From an uncultured Sangeribacter sp. (lineage in GTDB: Bacteria > Bacteroidota > Bacteroidia > Bacteroidales > Muribaculaceae): a DNA stretch of 64,000 bases. A program made the translations under genes and the position numbers. The stretch lies in assembly GCA_964515455.1 (NCBI GenBank), contig CAZEUD010000002.1, forward strand, positions 15,430-79,429. Direction: 5' to 3'. Under the pieces are notes generated by a model. The model did no database searches, was not told the DNA's origin, and was given only the letters and a program-made list of their open reading frames with translations. Of this stretch, positions 18,370 through 28,442 are shown one piece after another; position 1 is the stretch's first letter; the number at the start of each line of letters is the position of its first letter.

Positions 18370-20964
18370 TTATCTGCTTAAGTTTATTTCAATCGGATTC
18401 ATCCCCTCTATTATAATAAAATATGTGCCTGATTTTAATTTTAAATTGTCATTATTTGTCAAATCCCATTCAATCATTGCTGAATTTTCAGCATTATAGA
18501 TTTGCTTTACAATTTCGTTTTCTTTGTTTTTTATTATTATACTATTTCTGTTACCAACATTTTTAATTTGAATATTCCCATTATAATCCGGGCTAACATG
18601 TTGCGGGTAAACAGTAACCTGCGATTTGGTATTTGAAACCATTGTTTGAGTGGGAATCTCTATCAGTCCTGATTTTGTAGATGCCAATATTGAATTGTTT
18701 TCCTTATTGATTCCTATCCCGTATACTGTATTGGAAATTAAATCTGAATTCTCCATAGTATAATGGGCTATTGTATAATCAAGATTTGGTGAAAGCACAA
18801 TAATACCGTTATTATTTGTTGCAAGCCATAAATTCCCATTTCCATCAACATTCAATTTATTTACTTGGAGTTTTGACGGCAAAACATCGTTATCGCTTTG
18901 AATATTTAGTATTTTCCCGTCAAAACATCCATTTTTAACATCTTCAGGTAATTTGATGCAAAAAATCTTCTCGGAATCACATGCTATGATATCACCTGTA
19001 ATTTCATTTTCAATCATGTCATTAAAGGCAACCATACTTTCGATGATTTCTCCAGTTGGCAGCTTTATTTCATTTATAACGTATGTTTCATCATCAGAAG
19101 AATCCTCCAATGTGTTTTTATGGTCGTACAAAGTCAAAGCATCATAGGGAGCTTCTGATATTAATATTTTACTTTGATTTTTAAGCGGTAATAATTTACA
19201 CGTCCAATATACATAACTTGAATTTAAAGGGACATCTAAAACTCCCCAAAGCGGCAAATTATTTATATCTTGTAACGGGGTACTATAGAGTAATTCTCGT
19301 TTTTCGGGAGTGGCAAATCTCAACTCATAAGTTTTCAGGTCGGTAAATGCTGTAGAATAAACAGTCCATAAAATGCCATTACTGTCATATACCGGAGGAG
19401 CAAAACAACTTAAATATTTCCATGACCGGGATGGAACTTCTGACACCACTCCGGGAAAACCTGAAAACATATCATCTGCAGAACTATATCTTATAACACT
19501 GCTGCCTGGATCGCTTAAATTTTGAAACATAAAACCGCCAAACATGGAGCCGCAAGAGATCCAGTCGGGAAACATAGGATCTATTGTCAATCCGTTTGGA
19601 TCAGGCAATGGATATCTGTTTATATTGGATTTGTATAAAGATAATTGCTCTTCTGACAAATCATTGGGCTTACTGTAGGCGTATGACATTAATTCCCATT
19701 TATTCCCTTTCAAATTCGATAATAATGGTGGATTTCGAGGTGTATTACTTTGATTGAAAACCATATCATATCCGTGGTTCATGGCGAGCATGCCATAGGT
19801 GGGGGAGTAGGACATGTAGGTGCAGATGAAGGCTGCCGGGGCATTGGGGCGGATTGCAACTGCTGCATCTGTCCATGTGGCTGTGGCATTGTTGGAGCCG
19901 GAGGCAAATGTATAGCTGGCGGTGCGGGGAATGAAGGTGCCTCTATCCTGATAAGTCCAGAAGTTCTCAAAATCCCATGAACCTAAAGAGATAGAACTTG
20001 GGGACAATGTGATGGACACAGCGTTGGCAGACTCTTCTTCTGTTGGCGCTTTCAGTTGCCATACCTTGCTGCTTGAATAGCACAGGTATCCGTCTCTGTT
20101 GGGTATGAAATTTGATTCATATCGGCTCACCAGTGACTCGTTTGCAATCCTGGAATAAAAATTATCACTTCCCAATTGACTGATAGTCCAGTTCCCTTCA
20201 TTTAAAGTTGCCGACTTCAAATTTCGGGTACTTCCGGCTGCTCCGTCAATATATCCGAAGCAGTTTTCGCTCAAAGGCATAAGCACCGTAGCGGTGGAAA
20301 TATTTGAAATCAGGTTAAAATCCGAGAATGATGCCGGATAAGCGTTATCTGTATCATAAATTTTTGAATCAGAAATCGCCACAAGTCTGTCACCGAATTT
20401 ATTAATTGCAGTTATTGCATTCCCCAATACTTTGGTTTCCTTTACAGTCTTGGATTCCGAGTCTATATGCATATACCCGGCATCTGTTGCCACCCAGGCA
20501 TCTCCGGTGGTGGAATTGAATGTGATGGAATTAACGACGGACATTCCGGGCACACTATAATTCTTCAACTTGTCTATATAAACGAGCTGACGGTCTTTCC
20601 CTATCAAATCAACACCTCCATCGTTGTAAACCACAGCGAGGTAATCCCCTTTGGGTGAATAGTCAGCCAGACGCATGTCGGCTGACGAAAGTTTTATTTC
20701 ATGTACCAAAGGGGTAATTCCCTCTTCCGGATTATTTTTTTTATATTGGAATAATGTCAGGGACGGAAAATTATATCCAACATAAGATTTGTTATAAATC
20801 TGTTGGTGCACAAAGAAATATGTATAATCAGGAGTGTCAATCACCCTTAAAGGAGTACGATCAAAAGAGGGGTGTAATTTCCATTCTGCTGCATTAATAT
20901 TGAAACATGAAATCAATACAGACAATGCAATGATACAAATGTATATTTTATTTAAGGGTTTCAT
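18370..20964 (-). CDS. PorZ-like beta-propeller surface protein with T9SS C-terminal domain
   Basis: Signal peptide; WKLHPSF and LAVVYNDGGVDL resemble the PorZ N-terminus; GNLWLAT and YTMENSDLISN propeller repeats; C-terminal VYPQHVSPDYNG...WDL...SGTYFI resembles the PorZ CTD. Confidence 0.65.
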   Translation of the reverse strand: MKPLNKIYICIIALSVLISCFNINAAEWKLHPSFDRTPLRVIDTPDYTYFFVHQQIYNKSYVGYNFPSLTLFQYKKNNPEEGITPLVHEIKLSSADMRLADYSPKGDYLAVVYNDGGVDLIGKDRQLVYIDKLKNYSVPGMSVVNSITFNSTTGDAWVATDAGYMHIDSESKTVKETKVLGNAITAINKFGDRLVAISDSKIYDTDNAYPASFSDFNLISNISTATVLMPLSENCFGYIDGAAGSTRNLKSATLNEGNWTISQLGSDNFYSRIANESLVSRYESNFIPNRDGYLCYSSSKVWQLKAPTEEESANAVSITLSPSSISLGSWDFENFWTYQDRGTFIPRTASYTFASGSNNATATWTDAAVAIRPNAPAAFICTYMSYSPTYGMLAMNHGYDMVFNQSNTPRNPPLLSNLKGNKWELMSYAYSKPNDLSEEQLSLYKSNINRYPLPDPNGLTIDPMFPDWISCGSMFGGFMFQNLSDPGSSVIRYSSADDMFSGFPGVVSEVPSRSWKYLSCFAPPVYDSNGILWTVYSTAFTDLKTYELRFATPEKRELLYSTPLQDINNLPLWGVLDVPLNSSYVYWTCKLLPLKNQSKILISEAPYDALTLYDHKNTLEDSSDDETYVINEIKLPTGEIIESMVAFNDMIENEITGDIIACDSEKIFCIKLPEDVKNGCFDGKILNIQSDNDVLPSKLQVNKLNVDGNGNLWLATNNNGIIVLSPNLDYTIAHYTMENSDLISNTVYGIGINKENNSILASTKSGLIEIPTQTMVSNTKSQVTVYPQHVSPDYNGNIQIKNVGNRNSIIIKNKENEIVKQIYNAENSAMIEWDLTNNDNLKLKSGTYFIIIEGMNPIEINLSR

Positions 20965-20997
20965 ATGGGAGTCGGTTGTTCAGATGTTATAAAACTA

Positions 20998-21027
20998 AAC
21001 CCGGACTTCCTTGCCGGTGTCCGGGTT
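20998..21027 (-). terminator. Rho-independent terminator of tRNA-Ser
   Basis: Inverted repeat AACCCGGAC/GTCCGGGTT followed on the minus strand by TAGTTTTAT. Confidence 0.75.
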
Positions 21028-21032
21028 ATCTG

Positions 21033-21122
21033 TGGCGGAAGGGACGAGATTCGAACTCGTGGTAGGATTGCTCCTACGTCAGTTTAGCAAACTGGTGGTT
21101 TCAGCCACTCACCCACCCTTCC
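21033..21122 (-). tRNA. tRNA-Ser(GCT) with encoded CCA
   Basis: Reverse complement reads GGAAGGG...CCCTTCC-G-CCA (acceptor stem), anticodon loop TTGCTAA, long variable arm and a GTTCGAATC T-loop. Confidence 0.97.
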
Positions 21123-21162
21123 TTTTGATGGTCTTTTAAGAATTCTATCCCGATTCTTTCTG

Positions 21163-21170
21163 CAAAGTTA
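21163..21170 (-). promoter_or_regulatory. -7 element for tRNA-Ser
   Basis: CAAAGTTA on the plus strand (TAACTTTG on minus), 41 nt upstream of the tRNA. Confidence 0.6.
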
Positions 21171-21278
21171 AGAATTTATATTATACTTTGCAAATCTTAT
21201 ATTCAAATTTTTCAAAAAACCGTCAAAATCGCTTATCTGCGGTAATGGAGCCTTAACAAAAAGGGTATGAACGGAGCG

Positions 21279-22376
21279 CTATTCATTACGAAGAAGTTCG
21301 AAGTAGCGGTGCAATACATCGTGGGCTGCCGTAAAGGAGCTTTGTTCGTTGTTGAGCACACGTAATTCTTTCTGCTCTAAAAGTGCGCGGATTTCGGGCA
21401 GACGGTAAAAATTATGCCGCAACTCTTCGTTGATTGTCTCAAACATCCAATATTTTGCTTGTTCATTGCGTTTCCGTTCGAAATAACCGGTACTCTTCAC
21501 ATAATCGAAATATCTGTCGATCATATCCCATACCTTGTCTATATTGAGTTCGTAGTAACCGCTGTATGTCAGCACTTCCGGAACCCATTTGCTTGGTGTC
21601 GGTGGAAACAGGTGTAGGGCGTTGCGGAATTGGGCTGCTGCCAGATTTGCCCTGTCGATATTGTCTCCATCAGCCTTGTTTATAACAATGCCGTCTGCCA
21701 TCTCCATGATGCCGCGCTTGATACCCTGCAACTCATCTCCGGTGCCCGCCAGCTGTATCAGCAGGAAGAAATCCACCATGGAGTGAACAGCAGTCTCGCT
21801 TTGTCCAACGCCTACTGTCTCAACGAATATATTGTTGTAGCCGGCTGCTTCGCAAAGCACAATGGTTTCGCGTGTCTTGCGTGCCACGCCTCCCAAAGAG
21901 CCGGCCGACGGACTGGGACGTATGAAAGCCGACGGATGCTGTGACAACTTCTCCATACGGGTTTTGTCACCAAGAATGCTGCCCTGTGTGCGCTCCGAAC
22001 TCGGATCTATTGCAAGCACTGCTAATTTCCCACCGTCTTTGAGCACATGAAGTCCGAAAACATCGATGGAGGTGGATTTGCCGGCACCGGGCACTCCGGT
22101 GATACCTATTCTCCTTGAATTGCCTGAATAGGGGAGACATTTCTCTATCACCTCCTGTGCCAGAGTCTGGTGCTGTTCAGCTGTGCTCTCCACAAGGGTC
22201 ACTGCCTGACCCAATATGCTGACATTCCCTTTCAATATGCCCTCAACATATTCTGATGCGGAAAGCTGAGGGCGGCGTCTGGCGGGACGGCGGTAAGGAT
22301 TGGTTACAGGCTGGGATATAACGCCCGAGTTTACTTGTAAACCTTTATATTCGGAATTGTTTTCAGGATGTTCCAT
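21279..22376 (-). CDS. meaB: Methylmalonyl-CoA mutase-associated GTPase MeaB
   Basis: GITGVPGAGKST, AIDPSS, GDKTRM, ETVGVGQSE, NKADG. Confidence 0.95.
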   Translation of the reverse strand: MEHPENNSEYKGLQVNSGVISQPVTNPYRRPARRRPQLSASEYVEGILKGNVSILGQAVTLVESTAEQHQTLAQEVIEKCLPYSGNSRRIGITGVPGAGKSTSIDVFGLHVLKDGGKLAVLAIDPSSERTQGSILGDKTRMEKLSQHPSAFIRPSPSAGSLGGVARKTRETIVLCEAAGYNNIFVETVGVGQSETAVHSMVDFFLLIQLAGTGDELQGIKRGIMEMADGIVINKADGDNIDRANLAAAQFRNALHLFPPTPSKWVPEVLTYSGYYELNIDKVWDMIDRYFDYVKSTGYFERKRNEQAKYWMFETINEELRHNFYRLPEIRALLEQKELRVLNNEQSSFTAAHDVLHRYFELLRNE

Positions 22377-22449
22377 AGGTTGGTTAGTTTTCTGTTTTGT
22401 ATTGTTTTAAGTCTTATAGGACCATAAGGACTTTAAGGGCCACAGGTCT

Positions 22450-23553
22450 TTAAGTCTCCCTGATGCCGGTGATGTGGATAATGCGTGTCGGATGCAGGGG
22501 GTCGTTGGTCAATACTTCTATTTTTATATTAAACGCACCTTGTGCTATTTTATTTGGATTCAAGCTACCTTCCACTTCCGCTGATTTGCCGGATTTCAAT
22601 GTGGCAGGTCTGCGGGAAATCTTAATGGCATCCGAACGCGAGAATATTCTGATTACCTGCAAATCATTGTCACCTTCATTCTTAATCATGAAACGGAACT
22701 TAATCGGATTTTTTGTTGATTCAGGTAATTCACCCAAATCCAGCCTCTCCGGTGCGAGATAACATCTGGGAGCCTTGTTTACCTCATCCGGTGTTAAATT
22801 GGAGAAATCCGGTGTGACATTGGCAATGAAGTTTATGATAGTTTCCGGGGAATCTGCATTCCCGTCAGCATACATTGTGACCGGTATCGTGAGAGGTCCC
22901 ATCTCCTCCTCATCCCTTGAATTGAAATAGAAACTAAAAGTAACTATATCTCCGGGAGCAACAGCGGCTTCTGATGATGATACGCTAAGGGCAGGATTAT
23001 CGCATATCCAATGCGGACGAATGGTATCGGATGTCTGGTTATAACCGTTGATAAAAAAATGACGCGTAGACCCATAGGTGACCTCTCCGGCCGGAATATC
23101 TCGGTTGGAGAGTCGCAGCGGTCCTGCCTCTATTGGATACATGCTTGACAGGGATTCCGGAGTTCCCAATACGTTACCAAATATTCGGATTGTAAACATG
23201 TCAGAATCACCGACATATACGCGAATTGTCTTATTGAATCTTCCCGGTCTGCCAATAGGATTATATGTAAAAGAGAAATTTACTGTGTCACCGGGGGCAA
23301 TCGGGTCTTCCGGGTATGCAACGCCGGTGCATCCGCAGCTCGGTCTGGCTCCTGTAATAGCAATCTCTTCCGGTCCGGTATTTACAAGGCGCACGCTGCC
23401 GGTCTGTGGTCCCGCCTCCTCTTTGATAAGCCCGAAGTCATACTCTTTTTCAAGCCATATAATTTCAGCGTTGCCATTCATACAGAGGACAATACCCATA
23501 AAAATTAAAACCAGCCGCAATACCGGTAGAAAAAAATTTTTTTTGATTATCAT
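22450..23553 (-). CDS. DUF1573 domain protein (multiple Ig-like domains)
   Basis: Signal peptide; YDFG, RPSCGCT, IAPG, GRFNKTI. Confidence 0.85.
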   Translation of the reverse strand: MIIKKNFFLPVLRLVLIFMGIVLCMNGNAEIIWLEKEYDFGLIKEEAGPQTGSVRLVNTGPEEIAITGARPSCGCTGVAYPEDPIAPGDTVNFSFTYNPIGRPGRFNKTIRVYVGDSDMFTIRIFGNVLGTPESLSSMYPIEAGPLRLSNRDIPAGEVTYGSTRHFFINGYNQTSDTIRPHWICDNPALSVSSSEAAVAPGDIVTFSFYFNSRDEEEMGPLTIPVTMYADGNADSPETIINFIANVTPDFSNLTPDEVNKAPRCYLAPERLDLGELPESTKNPIKFRFMIKNEGDNDLQVIRIFSRSDAIKISRRPATLKSGKSAEVEGSLNPNKIAQGAFNIKIEVLTNDPLHPTRIIHITGIRET

Positions 23554-23596
23554 GAATGCCGGTGTTTTTTATGAGACAGGCTCTAAGACCATGGTA

Positions 23597-24001
23597 TCAG
23601 TTGGGATTTACAATTCCGGTAATATTGAGCACTTTTATCTTTTTAGAGCCATTGCTCTTCACTTTGATATTTCTTGAAAAGCTTCCCATGCCGCGTTGCG
23701 GAATAAAATTCACCTTTATTTTCCCTTTATTACCGGGAGCTATCGGATTTTTCGGATATTCCGGACGGGTACATCCGCAATCGGCCGTTACATCTGAAAG
23801 CACCAGCGGTGCATTCCCCTGGTTTACGAATTCAAACTCAGTATGTACAGCTCCTTTGGATGGATCAATGATTCCGAAATCATAATTTTGTGTTGTAAAA
23901 GAAATCAGAGCATTCCCACTGTCTTTTTTCTTTTTCGCATCAGCTTCTGCAGCTCCTCCAAGCAATAGAAGCGTCATCAGAATGGTTATAATCTTTTTCA
24001 T
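23597..24001 (-). CDS. Small DUF1573 domain protein
   Basis: MKKIITILM signal peptide from ATG 24001; YDFG, ADCGCTRPEYPKNPIAPG. Confidence 0.88.
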   Translation of the reverse strand: MKKIITILMTLLLLGGAAEADAKKKKDSGNALISFTTQNYDFGIIDPSKGAVHTEFEFVNQGNAPLVLSDVTADCGCTRPEYPKNPIAPGNKGKIKVNFIPQRGMGSFSRNIKVKSNGSKKIKVLNITGIVNPN

Positions 24002-24113
24002 ATCAGATTTAAACTTATCAAATGCAAAATTACAAATTTTTTTATTAAACGGTCTATCCAAGCTAAATGTTTACAAATATTCTTTTGCCCCAAAAATTAT
24101 TAATGCAGCATAT

Positions 24114-27100
24114 TTATCTTGAAACCATTGGGCGTAGGCGAGGAGGAAGGGACCGGTAATATCTTTCCCATTCATCCTTATAAATGCTATCTTGTCGTTC
24201 AAGAATTGCTGCACGCTTGCGAAGATGCGCTATATCTGATGAATAAATTTCTGAATCATGTGTTGATAAAGAATCTGCAAGATTTCTCATAAGGGTTGAC
24301 ATTTCCCGGCGGGTTACGAATATAGTGTCGTGTTCTCTTAAAGAAGTATATGTTCTTTCATCATATCCCGGTAATGTGTCGGCGCATATAGCAAGCTTGA
24401 GAGCGGTATTAAGCTTGCCGGCGTGCAGCATTTCTTGTGATGCCATCAATAATGCGGCTCTATGCGTGCTGATGCGAGATGCCGGGGTGCCGTCAAGATA
24501 TACGTTTTTTTTAGAGGTGTTAGGAGTTGATAATAATGTCAGCGTATTGAGATATTCAGTCTCTCTTTTGCCGGCATCGGAAAGACCATATTTTGTGGCA
24601 AACAAACCCTGAGTTGCAAGGGAGTCCAGACCTATGAAATGCCTGCCGGGAAGTCCGCGGAGCCAGTAGACGGATCTCGGATTTTCAGCGGCTGAATTGG
24701 TTGCAAGAATATCAAATATCATCAGTTTCCGGAAATCCAAACCCTTTCCTCCCTTTGTTTTTGTAATGTTGCTTAAAGGATATATTATTGAATCTCCGGA
24801 AGCATCAGGAATCCATACTTTACGATAACGAGTTTCGGCCGACGGCGACTCTGCCAATTCACGAAGCATTATATGGAAGTTTGGTATTGAATCGTAATAG
24901 TTGTCAGAGAGTTTGGGAAATTGCAAGGCTCCATATATCACATCCTCCCGTTGAAGAGTGGTTTGCACCCCTTTAGCTCCATCCCAATCGCGCATCATGG
25001 ATGCAGCATATTGTGGCATACCAAGATACGCAAGATTGATTACGCGTATATCTTTTCTGACCCCTTCCACCTCCTGCGCATACCATAACGGGAATGTTCC
25101 ATTGTCTCCATCCACAAAGATAATGGCATCCTGCGACAGAGAGTTGAGAATATTCGCTGCTATGTTAGATGCGGCATAACGTCCGGATCTGTCATGGTCA
25201 TCATAATTCTCAATACACATCCACACTGCAGAGAAAAGAGGCACGATGGCAGCCACAGGAGCATATTTCCCGGTTAAACGCATCAATCCGAAGGCTCCGA
25301 AACCTATCCAAATGCAGAAGGCAAGGTAAGAGCCAAGGTAAGAATAGTCACGCTCTCTGGGTTCTCCGGGTGATTGGTTGAGATAAATCACTATCGCGAT
25401 GCCGGTCATGATAAAAAGCATTGCGGTGGCAAGACATACCTTGTGTCCGCGCTTGCCATAGCAGCATAGCGCCACTATTCCTGCCAGACCCAAAAGGAAA
25501 GGGAGCAGGAAATAGCTGTTACGCCCCTTGTTATCTCGCCCGATCCGCGATGGCAGAGCATCCTCAGCCCCGAGCATCAGGTTGTCGAGGACGTTGATGC
25601 CGGTTATAAAATTCCCGTGCTCCACTTCTCCCGTGGAATGTTCATCATTCTGTCGTCCCATGAAATTCCATAGCAGATAGCGGAAATACATATATCCGGT
25701 CTGGTATGTAAGAAGCATTTTTAGTGACTGCAGGTAAGTTGGGCGGTAGGAAATATGTTTCTTGCGTGTTCCGTCAGCCAATAGTTTGCCATTATAATTA
25801 CCGGCAGAATCAATCACCTCTGAGGTAATAACCTCGGTCATTGTTTCTTTTGTCATTCCTGCCCAATCAGCGAAGCTTTGCAAGTCGGCAGGATCGCGGC
25901 TTGTGATGCGTGGGAACCACATGTTCAGTTCGGGCGTAAGGACCGGCTTCACGGTATAGCTTCTTACCACATAAGCATCCCCCTTCTTTTTTAAAGCCTT
26001 TTCATTGAAAAGGGAATCTTCTTTTGTCAGCATCCGGTAAGGGTCGGCAATGCGGGCATTTCCCTCTTTACGCACAGTCACGCGATGTTTGCGTTCAAGT
26101 GCTGAACGCCGGTATGTTGGTTTGCCGTCATCATTAAGAAATTCCTCCCTAATCATCTCCTTGCTGTAAGGAGTATGACCATATAACAGGGGTGTTCCTC
26201 CATATTGTTCACGCGCTTGATAAAATGCGAAGGAGAAAGGATTTCCCGGCATACTCGAATTTGCGGGCGAGTGTATCGCACCCCGAATAGGTATCAGGGC
26301 ATAAGAGGAGTAACCCGTAAGAAGCAACGCAAGCATCCACATACATATATTAAGCCTTCTTGCCGAAAAATTATGTCCCCTCACAAGCAGCAGGGATACA
26401 ATTGCAGTAAGAGCCGTGCCTGTTGCAAAATTTTCGGAATATATGAATATTCCGGAGAGAAGAATGGCGGGGAATACCGCTATTGCCAGCACCCCTGGAT
26501 TATGTGAGTGGGAAGTGGCTGTAAGAGCCACCAGAAGCGATATTCCGAGCAATAACACGTATATTACGACCCCGCTGAGATAGGGGAGTCCGAGCGTATT
26601 TACCGCTAGCAGTTCGATTTCGGAAGCGATGGCGATGGTGGAAGGCATGATTCCGCATAGGATCACACCGACTACACCCAATGACAAAATGAACACAGCC
26701 AAGACTTTCCACCATTTCCTTATTCCGCGTTTTATGCTCCAGATTATTGCCAGTGCGGGAATACACAGAAGATTGAGTTGGTGGATTCCAAGAGACAGTC
26801 CGAAAAGATATGCCAGTAAAATCAGATACCGTGTGGACGTTGGCCTGGTATTGCAGAAAGCCCATCTCACCATAAGCCATACACACAGAGATGTCATAAA
26901 AATTGACATGGCGTATACTTCAGCCTCTACAGCGGAATACCATACGGAGTCGCACCAGCCGAAAGCCAAGGCTCCGGAAGCTGCTGCCACACTTTGGGTG
27001 AGCAGCTTCCATCTTTTTTGCTTAAGGGAATCGGATACCCATCCGGCGCCCATAAATATAGTTTTTGCAAGAAAGAACGCGGCGAGAGCTGTAAACAGCC

Positions 27101-27344
27101 CGCTCGACATATTTACGAGCAAAGCAGCCTCCTTTCCCGAAGGGGCGAGCATTGTCACCACTCTCTCCACAAGCATCCATGTGGGATTTCCCGGAGGATG
27201 ACCAACCTCCAGTTTCCATGCTGCGGACACATATTCGGGGCAATCCCAATATGAGACGGCAGGAGCCACAGTGAGCCAGTATGTGGCGAGGAGGATGCAC
27301 AGCACCCCCCATGAAACGATCCTTTCCGCCTGTTTGCCGGTCAT
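24114..27344 (-). CDS. DUF2723 polytopic membrane protein (TMEM260-like GT-C; putative protein O-mannosyltransferase)
   Basis: YWDCPEY...EVGHPPG, SAVEAEVY, YLNQSPGEPRERDYSY, GDNGTFPLWY; many transmembrane helices plus large soluble domains. Confidence 0.85.
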   Translation of the reverse strand: MTGKQAERIVSWGVLCILLATYWLTVAPAVSYWDCPEYVSAAWKLEVGHPPGNPTWMLVERVVTMLAPSGKEAALLVNMSSGLFTALAAFFLAKTIFMGAGWVSDSLKQKRWKLLTQSVAAASGALAFGWCDSVWYSAVEAEVYAMSIFMTSLCVWLMVRWAFCNTRPTSTRYLILLAYLFGLSLGIHQLNLLCIPALAIIWSIKRGIRKWWKVLAVFILSLGVVGVILCGIMPSTIAIASEIELLAVNTLGLPYLSGVVIYVLLLGISLLVALTATSHSHNPGVLAIAVFPAILLSGIFIYSENFATGTALTAIVSLLLVRGHNFSARRLNICMWMLALLLTGYSSYALIPIRGAIHSPANSSMPGNPFSFAFYQAREQYGGTPLLYGHTPYSKEMIREEFLNDDGKPTYRRSALERKHRVTVRKEGNARIADPYRMLTKEDSLFNEKALKKKGDAYVVRSYTVKPVLTPELNMWFPRITSRDPADLQSFADWAGMTKETMTEVITSEVIDSAGNYNGKLLADGTRKKHISYRPTYLQSLKMLLTYQTGYMYFRYLLWNFMGRQNDEHSTGEVEHGNFITGINVLDNLMLGAEDALPSRIGRDNKGRNSYFLLPFLLGLAGIVALCCYGKRGHKVCLATAMLFIMTGIAIVIYLNQSPGEPRERDYSYLGSYLAFCIWIGFGAFGLMRLTGKYAPVAAIVPLFSAVWMCIENYDDHDRSGRYAASNIAANILNSLSQDAIIFVDGDNGTFPLWYAQEVEGVRKDIRVINLAYLGMPQYAASMMRDWDGAKGVQTTLQREDVIYGALQFPKLSDNYYDSIPNFHIMLRELAESPSAETRYRKVWIPDASGDSIIYPLSNITKTKGGKGLDFRKLMIFDILATNSAAENPRSVYWLRGLPGRHFIGLDSLATQGLFATKYGLSDAGKRETEYLNTLTLLSTPNTSKKNVYLDGTPASRISTHRAALLMASQEMLHAGKLNTALKLAICADTLPGYDERTYTSLREHDTIFVTRREMSTLMRNLADSLSTHDSEIYSSDIAHLRKRAAILERQDSIYKDEWERYYRSLPPRLRPMVSR

Positions 27345-27353
27345 TTTAAGACA

Positions 27354-28442
27354 TTACTTTACAATCCCTTTCTCAAGATATTCTTCAAGATTGGTGCGTA
27401 CATATTCCGTGGCGCGTTCCGCCGCCACTTTCTTCATATCGGAATCTACCATTTTATTCACAAGTTCTTCAAACGATGTGCGTGTAGGATTCCAACCGAG
27501 CAGAGCCTTGGCTTTTGTAGGATCTCCCCAAAGGTTGACCACATCCGTAGGGCGGTAGAAATCCGGGGATACTTCCACAATCACCTTTCCGGTATTTTCA
27601 TCTATACCCTTCTCGTCAGCACCTTCATCTTCCCATCGGAGATTGATGCCGGCACGGGCAAAAGCCAAAGTTGCAAATTCACGTACGGAATGCTGCCTGC
27701 CAGTGGCAATTACGAAATCATCAGGTTTCTCTTGTTGAAGAATAAGCCACATACATTCCACATAATCAGGAGCATATCCCCAGTCGCGAAGAGAAGAAAG
27801 ATTGCCGAGGTATAATTTCTCCTGCTTTCCCTGTGCAATGCGCGCGGCAGCGAGGGTGATTTTACGGGTAACGAATGTTTCTCCCCGGCGTTCCGATTCA
27901 TGGTTGAAAAGGATGCCGGAGCAGCAATACATATTGTAAGCTTCGCGATATTCCCTTACAATCCAATATCCATAAAGTTTAGCCACTGCATAGGGACTGT
28001 AAGGGTGAAAAGGTGTGTTTTCATTCTGAGGCACCTCCTCCACCTTGCCATATAATTCCGATGTAGAGGCCTGATATATGCGGCATTTGTCAGCAAGACC
28101 TGCCTGACGCACACCCTCCAGAATACGGAGCACTCCTGTGGCATCCGTGTTGGCCGTATATTCCGGAACATCGAAAGATACCTGCACATGGCTTTGTGCC
28201 GCAAGGTTATAGATCTCATCCGGCTTTACATCCATAATAACTTTCATCAGGCTTAAGGAATCAGCCATGTCTGCATAATGAAGATGGAAATTGGGATCTC
28301 CCTCAAGGTGGGCTATGCGTTCGCGGAAGTCGGTGGAGCTACGACGGATGGTGCCGTGCACATCATATCCTTTGGATATCAGAAATTCAGCAAGATATGA
28401 ACCGTCTTGCCCTGTGACTCCGGTGATTAAGGCTTTCTTCAT
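27354..28442 (-). CDS. gmd: GDP-mannose 4,6-dehydratase
   Basis: [45 protein letters not shown]. Confidence 0.98.
   Translation of the reverse strand: MKKALITGVTGQDGSYLAEFLISKGYDVHGTIRRSSTDFRERIAHLEGDPNFHLHYADMADSLSLMKVIMDVKPDEIYNLAAQSHVQVSFDVPEYTANTDATGVLRILEGVRQAGLADKCRIYQASTSELYGKVEEVPQNENTPFHPYSPYAVAKLYGYWIVREYREAYNMYCCSGILFNHESERRGETFVTRKITLAAARIAQGKQEKLYLGNLSSLRDWGYAPDYVECMWLILQQEKPDDFVIATGRQHSVREFATLAFARAGINLRWEDEGADEKGIDENTGKVIVEVSPDFYRPTDVVNLWGDPTKAKALLGWNPTRTSFEELVNKMVDSDMKKVAAERATEYVRTNLEEYLEKGIVK

Noticed and set aside
17400-21122. Integrative element at tRNA-Ser
   Set aside because: I found no duplicate of the tRNA 3' end near 17400-17525, and no integrase or transfer genes. 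Only the compositional anomaly is reported.
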